This document shows, in pieces, positions 1-12,307 of a stretch of 64,000 bases of DNA. Positions within the stretch are counted from its first letter, which is position 1, and every line of letters begins with the position of its first letter. The notes beneath the pieces are model-generated. The model saw nothing but the letters and a program-made list of their open reading frames with translations. It did no database searches and was not told the origin of the DNA. The translations under genes and the position numbers were made by a program. This DNA comes from Moniliella sp. 'wahieum' (Eukaryota). The stretch spans positions 1,054,001 to 1,118,000 of the forward strand of contig RSEE01000003.1 in NCBI GenBank assembly GCA_003971905.1, read 5' to 3'.

Positions 1-1694
1 ATAGTACTTTCAGGACTGTGATGCATGTTGTGATGACTGTGAGAGAGAGTCGAGATGTGAGTAACTGAGTTCAGTACTCATGGGCACATTTTGCGGGCCA
101 TAGGAGGGTCTAGGGGGATTCGCTTCGACCGCGACTGATTGGGTGACCGTGTGATAAATGTTGGATTCGTATTTGTTGGATCCGTGTTCGTGTGCACTTG
201 GTGGAGAAATACTTACTCTCGCCTTTTGTCGTTATCCATTCGACCTTATCTCACCGTTATAATTTTTCTTCAATCGGTTATCTCGTCGATGATCGATGAA
301 TCATCGATTGCCTTTTCAACGGTTCGGCACTGAGGCACTGAGGGGCTGGCTCCCAATGAGTGCGAGACCTGAATGATTTCAGCCGAGCGCGGCCGAATGC
401 AGCCAGACTTGTTACGTACAGTCTCCCGCTTCCCACGGAGTATACAGCGTACTGCGTACAGGCTAGGCGCTTGACGTTAAACGTTGAACGTTTAGTTGAA
501 CTCACAAGATAAGCCCGAGCGAGCCTGATAGGCGCCCAGCGGTTCGTTGTCCCAGCCTTAATCCAACGATGCTAGATATTAACCTCTCTGGGAATGATAA
601 GAAGGCAAGGGCGATGCTGTATGCTGTGCTCTGAAGTTCAACGTTCACGTTCACATCCAGTCTATTCACCATTCAATATTCACTATTCAATATTCACTAG
701 CACTAGGCGCAATGCTGCGGCGGGAAAGCACAGGGACGCATACCGCAGCACCTCGCAGCATCCGCGGCACCGGGACAACCACGGCCTGTCTCGGATGGTG
801 CTACATTCCCCATGTCACGTGCAGGTCCTATTTCTATATGGCCGAGGTCTGGGGTTCGCGCAAACCGGGCGAACAGAAAAACACGGGCATACGTATTTTC
901 CCGAGTGATCGTGGGGTCCTCGGACTGTCTGGGGGCCGCCAGCCAGAGACCAGCCATTGGTCACTGGCACTAGTCATTCTAGTCACTACCAAGTCACTAG
1001 CTTCACTAGTCAGCTAGTGACTAGTCACTGGTCAGGCCCAGGCTGCAGGCTGCAGGCCTCAGGTGACCGATGCGACCGGTGATCGGTGTCCGGTGGCCGG
1101 TGGCCGGCGACCTCAGGGGGTGCGCCTCAGGCTGAGGCCCTCACCGGTCACCGGTCACCAGCCACACTGACCAATCGAGGTTCGAGGTTGGACGTTGGAC
1201 GCTGGGCACGGCGCCAACGTAGACGTCTCATACGCGTCATATACCTACACCACCAGTCACTAGTCACTGCTAGTACCTAGCGACGGTCACTTGTTCATGT
1301 TACCCACATCACGATTTGGCATCCGCCTAGGTAGGGGCTTGTACAGGCCGGAGCGGAGGCAAGTCCAAAGCACAAGGCCACGGCCGCCATGCCCAAACCA
1401 AATTGCTGCTATTGGATCCAGCGACCCAACGGAAGCCATGCAGGTCATCATCATCCGTCATCCATCATGGGGCCAGGAGAGGTACGTCTGGTGTTGTGCC
1501 TTGTTGTGGCTTTTTGAGCCTAGAAGAACGCATCTTCCTCCAAGTCTATAACATTACTCAGCCCCTCAATACCAAAATAGGTGCTGTGCCTCAGCGCCCA
1601 GCGCGCCCAGTGCACTCAGCCTCAGTCTGCCTCAGCGCCTCAGCGCCACAGCGCGTTCAACGACACACCGCTTGTGACCGTGACCGGCCCCTCC

Positions 1695-1729
1695 TCAAGC
1701 TTCAAGCTTCAAGCTTCAAGCTTCAAGCT
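1695..1729. repeat. Tandem heptamer (TCAAGCT)x5
   Basis: Five perfect copies read directly. Confidence 0.95.
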
Positions 1730-1908
1730 GCCAACTTCAAGGATCGATGATTCCATGATAAATACTAGTCACACTGGGAGTGCTCCGCAATTGCCAACAT
1801 CGCCAATTGCTACCAAATTCAATTGTAGTATTGTAGGGCGCACGCTGGGCGCGGGGGCGCTGGGTCCTAGCCAACGAACAACCGCATCTCCTAGGCCTTG
1901 AAAAAACT

Positions 1909-1990
1909 AACCTTAGACCTTAGGCCCTTGGTCCTTAGCCCCTAGCCCCTAGCGTCTTAGCCCTTAGCGCCGTTAGCACCTTAGCCCTTA
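1909..1990. repeat. Degenerate CC(C)TTAG/CCCTAG repeat patch
   Basis: About 9-10 imperfect units, e.g. ccttagacct tag..ccttagcc cctagcccct ag..cccttag. Confidence 0.6.
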
Positions 1991-2917
1991 TAATAATAGT
2001 GGTCAGCGGCTACGTCACCCGTTACTAGCTACTAACTTACTGCCCCATGTCCCGCTGCATTCTGCATCACGCGTGACGTCACTCGTCTCGGTGATACAAT
2101 GCGCCATCCGCGTCACGCGTCACGCGTCACATCATGCATGGCAAAACGGGTCGCCCGCGCTGTGGGCTCCTGTGCGACAGATAGGGGCCGAGCGGTGGTG
2201 AGCGGCTGAACGCTGATAGCTTCTGGCGCACCCTGTCGCAGGTGTCACATATCACGGGAGCGATCATCGATCATCGACCAACCCCACTCCGCCACCGAGG
2301 TGGTGAGGCTCTGGCAGTGTTCTGGCGCTGTCGGTAGAGAAGCCTGATATGCGGCAGCCTGAGAGCTTGAGTGCTTGGAAGCTTGAAGCTTGAGAACAGC
2401 CCATGATTAATTCCGATAGATATGCTGCGCACCAACGGACATCTCAGTGGGCGCAAGGGCTGGCGCCGTGCTGGCCCAAACTGCAATTCAAATGTGCGCC
2501 CTCCTTGATCCACCGGAGAGGCCTCCTGCCCCCGAGTACCAAAACTGTACCGCCGCACTGCGTCAGTGTCGAGATGTCCCGAGGACCCATGAAATTCCCG
2601 CCCGCACAGGGCCAGTGAGCCGCCGTCTTCCCTCGCCGCAGAGGGCGCCCGCCGTTCACAAACGCCCAGTCGGCCTGCCTGCTTGCCTGCTGTCCTGCCC
2701 ACTTTTGCAAGCAAACTCTGTGGCTGGCCTAGTTCGACTGGCTGGGCTGCACCCAACCCCCTTTAGCGCCTCTCAGATCCTCCCCAACGCCATCTCCATC
2801 CCCATCACCACCACTCCCTCCGTCTTGTGGACACCATACAAGCATAAGCACTGTTGCGCCACCACTACCTGCGCTACCTCCAGCTTCCTCTATCTCTTCA
2901 TTTTCCTCACCCACAAC

Positions 2918-4529
2918 ATGGCCGACACCGTGTATGCCGCAGGGGCCGAGAATGACCGGTCTCTCACGCCTCGTGCCGACGAGCACTCCTACTCTTTGAA
3001 GGAAGAGAAGATGATTTCGGAGGACTACAATGGCGTTGTGTCCTCGGATGACTACGACGGGGAAGAAGTTTCTCTCAAGACCGTCTCCTGGTTCCGGATG
3101 GCACTTCTACTCATTGTGACTGCCATTGCGTTGGGTGCTCTCTCTCTACCAAATGCCTACGCTCAAGTCGGGTTGCCCGCTGGTGTCGTGCTGACTGTGA
3201 CCATTGGCCTCATCACCATTTACACCTCGTATCTTTTGGGACAAGTATGCAACAAAGAATGGGACATCGAGGTCCTCCATTATTCCGACATTGGCTTCCT
3301 TATGTGGGGCAAGTGGGGCCGCGAGTCATCGGTGCCGCCTTTGTCCTCTTCCTTATCCTCGTTACCGGGTCCCATGCCCTGACAGGTTCGATTGCGCTCG
3401 ACACAATCTCTGACGGGCGTGCTTGCACATTGGTCTGGTCGATTGTGTCTGCGGTGGTTCTGGTACGCTATTTATTCTTATTTCCTCATTGCGCGCATGA
3501 CCTGTGCTAACCGCTCTCTGCGTCCTAGTTTGTCCTCTCCCTACCCACCACTTTCGAAAAGGTTTCTTTGCTCGGCATCATCGATTTCATCAGTATCATT
3601 GCCGCTATTCTCATTACCATGATTGCAACTGGCATTCGCGCTCACAATGGGCCCGGCGGCCTCGACGGGGTAAACTGGCGCAACACCGCCCCTCCCGGCA
3701 CGAGTTTCTCCGACGCGTTTAACGCTGTAACGGACATTGTCTTTGCCTTCTCATTTGCCGTGTGCCAGCCCAGTTTCCAAGCTGAAATGCGCAAGCCGGA
3801 GGAGTACATGAAGTCGATTTGGACCCTTGGTCTTGCTGAGATTTTCATCTACACATTGACTGGTTCGATTGTGTACGTGTTCGTTGGTGGCGACGTTCAG
3901 TCCCCTGCGCTGCTCTGCTGGCCACACTGTCTCGCGTGTTGCCTTTGGTGTCGCGATTCCTGTCATTTTCATCTCTGGTGCAATCAACACACCACTGCCG
4001 CTCGTTACATTCACCTCCGTGTTTTTAAGAACACTCCCCATCGTTACATCAACACACCCTTTGGTATCGCCACTTGGGTCGCGCTCTGTGCTTTCCTCAC
4101 TGTCATTTCTTGGGTCATTGTACGTACCAGAGAACCCCCCCTTGCTTCTGCTCACATTCTAATCCTTTTCTCAGGCCGAAGCTATTCCCTTCTTCTCCTC
4201 TCTCCTCTCAGTCATTTCGAGTTTCTTGATCTCGGCCTTTACGCTTTATCTCCCACCGCGTACGTCTCCTCTGCTGTGCACCCGCCCGTCTTGTCCATAC
4301 TAATTCTGTTTTGCTGGCAGTGATGTACTTCTACTTGCTCAAGGAGGGCAAGTGGAACGCCAACAGGAAGAACATTTGCTTGTCAATCGCGAATGTGCTG
4401 ATCATCCTGCTGGGTCTTGTCGTTCTGGGTGCGGGTATGTACTCTGCGGCCGAGAGCATCAAGGAAGGCTACGCCGACGGTACGGTGGGCCATCCCTTCC
4501 AGTGCAAGTGGGGCGTGAAGGAGACCTAA
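2918..4529 (+). CDS. Neutral amino-acid permease (AAAP/Aa_trans family, Mtr-like), spliced
   Basis: ATG at 2918 (MADTVYAAG). Multiple TM segments with LLIVTAIALGALSLP, HYSDIG and IVFAFSFAVCQPSFQAEMRKP. Introns at 3463-3528, 4120-4174 and 4260-4320 (GTACG..AG). Stop TAA at 4529. A few frameshifts. Confidence 0.88.
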
Positions 4530-5688
4530 GAGGTCTTTCGAGCCTCAAAACGCCGATTTGGAAGGACATTTCCTGTTTACGACCATCACAATACGTTGGG
4601 TTGGCACAGAGTCCCCGATACAGGTAGAGTATAGCAGGATTGACTGAGGAAATGAGCAAGCTTAACATGAAAATAAATGAAAAGCTGGGACGAGGTCTGT
4701 AAACAAGCATGATCGTTTGCCTTGTTTTGTTGCATTTTGGGCTGCTTCTTTCTCCGCCCAATTTCAGCCTTGGCGCATGTGAGACATGTGAAGTGCCTTC
4801 TTCCGTCTCCTTCGCTACTTCGCTCTTCTTTACGTTGCTCCCTGCCTGCAGTGCGCCCTCCAGCCTGCTAGCTGCACAACCATTTATCAAGTGCGACACT
4901 TGAAGCTTATTGAATGTTGCCCCTCAGACCGCCATCGTGGCAGGGCGTTGCGCCCCTACTTCCATAGGGGGTCCAGAGGTGGGACCCACCCCTGTAGGTT
5001 AGGGTACCTGACCCGTGGACGGCCAATCGGAGCAACGTACTAGGGTATGCGCCCGACCTCAGATCCTGGTCGAACCGAGCGGGTGTAGAGAGGCGCAGGA
5101 GAGACCCTCTAGTTTGGGTGGCTGCCTGTGTGGCTGAGACGGCCTCAGGCCCTGAGGCCCCTGAGGCCTGAAGCCGCAGCCCGCAGCTCAGATCCACCGA
5201 GGTAGTAGGAACAGCGTACCTAGGTCGTCAGCCCCGTCGAGGGGGTCCACATGCACCACAGGAGCTCAGGGGTAGTGGGTTAGCTGAGCTGTAGCATGTA
5301 ATAGGCGGAATCAGACAGAGTCCTACTAATGAGGAGCAAGCGCTGCTGAGAGTAACTCCGCGGCTAGCAGTGTAATCAACGTGAGTCAGAAATTCGTAAG
5401 CATGGTAGAAGGTGGAAGAGGGAGGAATGGAAACATTGGAACGAGGACTAAGGACCACAGCTAGCAAGCCTTAGACATGATGTGCATGATACACGACTAG
5501 CTCATGACTGCAACAAGCAACAGGGTCGATCAGAGCACCACTGTTGTCGAGGTGTCGACGCATGCTCAGCGCGGCTGTTGGCTGCTGTTGTGAGTGGCAC
5601 TGCCCTCGTTAGAGATTTGTTTTAGGCGTAGCCTGCGCCCCGCGTCCTAGCCGTAGCGCCTCCACATTGTTCCAATTGTAATAAGCCG

Positions 5689-6034
5689 CTCGTGTAGTAG
5701 ACACCGCTGGCGCATTCCTTTGTTCTTCCCTACCACCGCCACCTCTTCTCTCAACTCGTTACCACGTTCTCCCTCACCTGCTTCTGGTAGCTCAGACCGC
5801 GCCGTCTGCCTGCTGTAGTACGTTGCTACACGGCGGAATATTATACGTTTGGTGCAGCAGCGTATATTGGGAGCGACGCAAGTATACCAGAACGCAAACG
5901 AGACACGCCGCATCAGTCTCTTCGGTGCAGACCTGAGCGGATACAGCGGAGAGAGAGAGGAGTATCGAGTATAAACGGGAGCAAGATATAGGCGGTGGTG
6001 AGGCCTGAGGCAAATACAGGCGATGCTACAAGAG
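5689..6034 (+). ncRNA. Candidate structured non-coding RNA (long irregular stem closing a multibranch loop), family unknown
   Basis: Nested complementary blocks found by eye. Several G-U pairs work only on the + strand. No family motif recognised. Confidence 0.35.
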
Positions 6035-6354
6035 GAAACCCTTCTGAGTAGGTAAGCTAACTGAAGACCAGACCTAGCCAGCCGTGGCAAAACAGATTGA
6101 CCCAAGGGCCCTCCATTGGGCCCCAGCATCCACTTACCGCATATCTTCTCTCCATTCATACACTTTGAAGAAAACGCAGACGAAGGGTCCCGGGAGATGA
6201 GTGAGACTACCGTACACCTGATGCACACTGCAGGGGAATGGGTAACAGAACCGGCGTATACCAATGCATCTACAAGGGAGCCAATCACTATGCGATTCCA
6301 TTTGGTTGTATCGCACGCAGACAGGTCCGCACAACGTCCTCAAATCACTGGCAT

Positions 6355-9300
6355 TTACCTAGCAGTGCCGTCGCCCGCACCGGGCGGAGGCGGTGGCGGG
6401 TTGTCGTCCTTCTTGTCTTTCTTCTCGGGCTGGTCCACCCCCATGCGCTCATCCGGATCGTCCCCATCCTCCTCGTCCATCTCCATCGCACGCGCAATGG
6501 CCAGTGCATCCTCGGGTGAAATTTCTGAGTCGTCGAGCACTGTCTCTGCCGCGGCAGCATCCGCTGCATTGCCCCCTGGAGCCGCATCGCCCAAAGCAGG
6601 AGGCTGGTCAGGAGGCGCACTGCCCGCGTCAATGCCAAGGTCCATCTCGACCAATGGCTCGCTTGGTTTGCGGTCAATCAGCAGCACAATTCCACCGCCG
6701 GAAGTAATCGCACGAGCGCCGAGGATCGCACGCGCCTCCTCGCCCGGAGCGGGCGTTTTACGCTCCTCCTTTTTGTCGCCGGCATTGGATGAAGGCCTGG
6801 GCGTGCCCCGGCCCGAGACGCTGGGAGTCTCCCCAATATCCAGTAGCCGACGGTTGGCCAGGATCGAGCTGATGTCATAGACATCGTTCTCGTCGCTTGC
6901 CAAGCTGCGGATGGGGGCAAAACGGCCGTCGGAGGGGAAGGAAACAAACTTGGCCTGAGCTGGAGTGACACGCGAATAGTTGTGCAGCACTTCAAACGAA
7001 GGTTCGGGCTTGCGCTTCTTGCTGCGTCCCTGTCCGTCCTCTTTCTTTTCAATACCTTCTTCCCCGCTTGCGCCGTCGGCGGCCGCGTCGTCAACCTCCA
7101 TTTCGTCTCCGCCTTCCTCAATGCGACGGGCCTTGTCCTTGGTCCGCTGGCGAGCTTGCGCCTTAGCCGTCGTGGACAGCACAGCCACCTCGACCTTCTG
7201 GGCGCGCTTCTGAACAGGGGGCTTGGTAGGCGCCGGGTAGGCGAACAGACTCGGACGCACATTCGAGATGAACTTAAAGTCTGGCACGCGCAGGTCACGC
7301 GTCAAGCCAATCAACGGCGTAGGGGTAAATGCAAGGGAAGCGAAGTGAGCCAGAGGGAACCAGTACCAGAACTGGGTAAAGAGGGCCATGGATACAATCG
7401 CCGGCATGTTGTTGGACCCACCGCGAGACTGAAGAGAGATGGTCATGTTCCGTCCTCCGGCATCCAAAATACCCGAGGCGAGAACCGCGCCAAACTTGGC
7501 CATAATTTCCTCGTGTTTGTCGGACAAGATTTTGGAAAATGTTTTCCTCGCTGTCGCCACAGCCGGGTTGAGCGTTCATTCTGTTGGATAAGCACCATCG
7601 ACAAGGCAATGCAGGCCCCCTGCCGGACAAAGTCGGTCGGGTCCTTGGTCATAGGCTCGAGCAACGCCACTGCTTCGGCCAAGCCAGTGCCAGCACATGC
7701 AATGCCCAGTGCCAGGGTCGCACCATAACGAACGTGCGGGTTAAAGCTTTCGGCCAAAAGCTCGACAATGCGAGGGACCTGCGTCGGGTTGCGGAATAGA
7801 AGGAAACCAAGTGCCGTCACTGACGCACGGCGGACATCATCACTCACATCGCTCACGGACACATGGAGCAAGCGTCGAACGGCTGAGTTGTTGCCTGTGC
7901 CCGCGTAGGCAAGCGCAATGGTATAGATACCACCGTAACGCAAGATTGCGTCCTTGTCGTTCAGAAGCTCAGTAATGATACCCTCAGCCGCTTCCTGCTT
8001 GCCATAGTAAAACATGGCCGTACCAATAGCCAATCCACGTGTGATCTTTTGGTGTGACGTCTCCCGAGCGTACTCCAGCATCTCCTCCACTTTGGCCTCA
8101 TTGGCCGTGCCCAGCATGACCAGACCCATGGCATACCCGCAAGCCTCACCAGCGACGGCATTGTCAGACAGCAAAACAGTGCGGAGCTCGTCATAAACAT
8201 CTTCGTTGCCCGTAGCCATCCCAGCGGCACCCAGCCCCAGTGCGGCGCCGTGCTGGACAACCACTTCATTGCTTGTCCGCAGGTTGTCCTTCAGGAGCTC
8301 AAGCACTTCGCCGCCATGGTTAGCGTGAATGAGACCCAAGGCATAGAGCGAACCTCCTTCTTGGTACACTGAGGCGTTGGAGCCAGTACTGCGGGGCAGG
8401 TAGGGTCGAAGAATCTCAATTCCATCCTTAAGGTTACCCCGGTTCAGCACACCCAGTGCAGCAGTGGCGGTGAACTTGGACCAGTTCGTTGCCTTGATGA
8501 GCCAGTCAAGGTTGTTCCGGAGGAAGTCATCTGAAGCCGTGCCTGCGTTCATAAAGGCGTTGGCCAGGGACATGGCAGTGTGATACACGCTGTTGCGTCC
8601 ATCAATCGAATCCTTGATATTCTTGAGAATCAAGGGATCGGTGTTGTTCTTCGTCTTTAGGAACGTGAGGTACAACTGGATACTCTCCTCGCCCTTGAGG
8701 ATGGCGCGGATTCGTTCCAAGACAGAAGAGGGAGATGGCTTTGGAACGGTTGGGGCGGAGGGAGCAACCTCAGTGATTGCAACATCGCCATCTGTATCGG
8801 TCGAGGCAACTGCAGCGGGAGCGGCCGCGGCTGGCTCGTCCTTGATGTGGGTCTTGAGTGTGGTGCGGATGGACTCGAGGAACTCCTGGGTGGCCGATTC
8901 AGCCAAATCAAACGCGACTTGATAGGCGATTAACAAGGGATCGTCACGTGTGTTCTCCAACTTGGCTGAGGCGGGGGTCAAATGCCTTGTTGGTCAAGTT
9001 CACCAGCTGAGCCGCCCTCTGTGGCTCGGCAAGGTACACGAAGCACTGCGCGACAGAAAAGTAGTCGGGCGAGAGAGAGAGAGACTTGTAGAGCTCGACA
9101 AGTGTATTGAGCAGCTCTTTACGGAAGTCGAGGCGTTGAACGACACCCATGGCGGCGTCTTGGATGTACGTGAGGAGAGCCACGTCACGCGATGTCTCGA
9201 ATACGCGTTTGATCACATCGATCCGCTCGGCTTCGATAGCAATGCCGACAGCTTGCTTGTACTCCTTATCTTGAACGCACTGGTCGAACATCTGTTCAAC

Positions 9301-9779
9301 AATGGAAGAAAGACCCGCGCGGTACGTCTTGTCCTCTGTGGGGACCGAGGGCTTATGCGACAGATCAATGTAGGTGTCGATAGCCTTGCTGACGACAGTC
9401 GTAGTGTACTCGTCATCGCGGTCCTCAGCTGGCTTGAACAGAGGGCCAGCTCCAAGCGCGAAGGTGAGAGCATCATCAAACTCGCCGAGGTGAAAGTAGA
9501 CCTTGGATGCTACAAGCGCAGCGAGCTGACGGTGGGGAAACGAGGGATCCTCGTAGAGGGTCTCACTGAAGCAGGGTCAGCTGGGAAACAAGGGCAGAAG
9601 GTAGAAGAGAGGGGGAGAGAGACTGAAGACGCACAGCTTCGATACCGAGTCAGCAATTTCGGCCCAGAAGTGGCTGGCAATGCTGTTGAGCTTCTCGAGA
9701 GCGTAGGACTGCAGTTCGACATCGTCTTCATCCAGAAGCGACAGGACGCCGACGGCGCAGACGAGACAGGTGCGGCCAT
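6355..9779 (-). CDS. RPN2: 26S proteasome regulatory subunit Rpn2 (PSMD1)
   Basis: N-terminal GVLSLLDEDDVELQSYALEKLN. PC-repeat motifs NWSKFTATAALGV, HGAALGLG, VSDVSDDVRR, FNPHVRYG, GILDAGGRN and QFWYWFPL. Intron ~9557-9635. The 3' end is uncertain and there are several frameshifts. Confidence 0.95.
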
Positions 9780-10399
9780 GGCGGGGAAAGCCACAGGCGA
9801 CGCGATGGAGGTGTTGGTGGTGGGAACCTAGGTGGAGGGCCAGGTGGGGTGGAGCGGAGGGCAAGGCGATGCTGTGGGCTCTGGCCTGTGGATGCTGTAG
9901 GGTTGCTCTTTGGACGCGTGTGCCTCGACAGCGGAATGAGTACGGATGGCTTCCGCCCTGGCACCCAGATGATACATTTCATGTTTCAATGGCATACAGA
10001 CGGCACACGCAGCTGGGCGCACGGACCACCTCTGCTCCAATGTTCAACTTTATCCCAGCAAAAACGGCTGAGGCTGAGCAGGCTGAGCGGCTGAGGCGCT
10101 GATATGGATGGCCACCGTTCCCTTGTCCACGCTGTGGTTGCCACCTTCAAGTTTAACGTGACCCGCCAGGCCTCTGCCACCACCGCCACCACCGCCACCA
10201 TTAGCAACAGCAACAGAAGATTGTACTTGCTGCTCAGCCTGCGCGACAGCGTCCATTTCCGCCCTGTCCATCGCACGCTTTTCCCACCCATCCAGCGTCG
10301 GTTTGCATCCTTTTTCACTAGTTCGCCCTCCTCCAACCGATTCGCCCGCGCCTTTTTGCGACCGTCTAGCACTGCGGCGGCCACGTCCCCCCCAACACC

Positions 10400-11110
10400 A
10401 TGACGAGCAAGAGCCAGCAACCCTCAACGTCCGGTCGGTCGTCTCACCTGAGCATGTGTACTACTGCTTCGACACACTGGTGGCCTACCTGAACAACAAG
10501 CCTCAGCCAAAGCCTGCGTTCAAGAACCCCACGATGAAGTCGTACGTGTATCTCCCCCCTTCGTATATAAGGCGAGCGTGCCTCGGAGATGCTGCCAACT
10601 AACCTTGGTCTACCGCCCAGGCCTATTTTTGTGACCTGGGACACTGTCGTGGGGTCCGAGTCAGAACTACGCGGATGTATCGGTACATTTTCCAACCCGT
10701 CATTGGAAAAGGGATTGGCGTCCTATTCGCTCACGAGCGCTCTGCGTGACACGCGATTCCCCCCCATCACCAAGGCCGAGCTTCCAGAGCTCGAATGCAC
10801 CGTCAGTCTCTTGACTGGATTTGAGGATTGCAAGGATTGGAAAGACTGGCAAGTGGGAGTACACGGGATTTACGTCTACGTCCCTTCCTCGTCTGGCACC
10901 CTTACCGCCACTTTTTTGCCAGATGTGATGCCCGAGCAAGGATGGGATCATCAGCAAGCTGTGGACCATGCGATTCGCAAGGCTGGCTACTATTCCCGCA
11001 TCACCCCCCAGTTGCGTGACCAGTGTCGCGTGGAACGCTACCGTTCCGAACGCATTACCCGCTCTTATCAGCAGTATTGCGACTGGAAAGCGTCAACCGC
11101 ATCAGCCTAA
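10400..11110 (+). CDS. AMMECR1-domain protein
   Basis: HVYYCFDTL, then after intron 10542-10620 PIFVTW, LRGCIGTF, SALRDTRFPPI, ATFLPDVMPEQGW and RKAGY, all AMMECR1 hallmarks. Confidence 0.92.
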
Positions 11111-12307
11111 GCAAAGTTGAACGCTTCCAACGTTGCCCTGCATATCCCCTCTCATTGTATATTGCTCTGTATCTCGCTTTCCCAAACATCGTGGATGGCC
11201 ATATAAATCCACGTTGAACGTTGAACACACGAGCCCGCCCACCCAGGTGTACATAAGCAGCATATTACTTCTTCTCTGGGTGCTCAGGCATACAGTCTGC
11301 TTGTTTGGCTAAGGGAGAAAAAGAGGAGAGACGTACTGCATGATGATACCTTTCATCGACTTGGGCATAGGCCTGGAACCATTTTATATTGACTATAGAT
11401 ACCGAGACTGTGGCAGAAGGATCTCATTACACTTCACCCAACGGCTCAGGGGAGGGGGCAAGCTGGTAGCAGAAGATGCTAAATCGATGTGTGCGAGGGG
11501 GCTGCGGTGGTACCTTTGGGAAATTCGCAAGCGCCATTGAATAGGGAAGTACACGAGGCCAATGCGGCGGCCTGTTTAGTGCTGTCTCCTACGTCGCGCT
11601 CAACACGGCCGCAGGAACAAAAACCCAAATTCTATACAGGATCGTCCATCGATCTCCTTGTAGTCTGTTTCACGCGGAGAATTGAAGAGGATAAATCGTG
11701 TTCGATGCACTGCAGAGGGATTCCAGAGTTGCGGAAAAACTCGTACACCTCAGACCGAGTCGCTGTGTTACCGGTAGGGATGTCTCCATATGAGCGGGGA
11801 TCAACACACCGAGATGATCTCCAGCAACGTTTGTGTGGGGCTCGGCGCTAGTATAAGCCGTTGACCTTATCAACAAATCATCCCTCCACACGTGCTTTCC
11901 GAAACGCCCGATCCACGTCAGGCACTGTAAGCGCCAGCTATTCATTTGGAATCTATCCCCTCTCGACTCCCCAGGGCCAAGGATCCTATGGTAGTCCATC
12001 ACTGACGCGGACACCTGGGCTTACTGGAGTTGTACTTGTAATGTGCATTATTAGATAAAGAGGCACATGGCGAAGGGGGGCTACCGCAGTATACAGGGGT
12101 GTCGCGATGGGCGTAGACCGAGCAAAATTGAGTGGGAGAAGGGACGTCATCGGGCAAGAAAGAGACCAAGATGCCAGTTAAAGACAGAGAGAGAGAGAAG
12201 TTATTGAGAACGCATGATATCACGAGCCATGCAGGATCCAAACGCTGAGCGCAGCGGAGATGCCCCTTCCACTGAGAAGAGAACGATTAGTACTAGAGTA
12301 CACAACG

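Noticed and set aside
1..30. TACTTTCAGG resembling the U3 snoRNA 5' end
   Set aside because: No following GATCATTTC box A and no boxes B, C or D.
4997..5005. ACCCTAACC (minus) as a possible telomerase template
   Set aside because: It is on the opposite strand from the candidate structured RNA, and a 9-mer is expected by chance.
11340..12241. Short ORFs between AMMECR1 and GH5
   Set aside because: No homology signal I can recognise.
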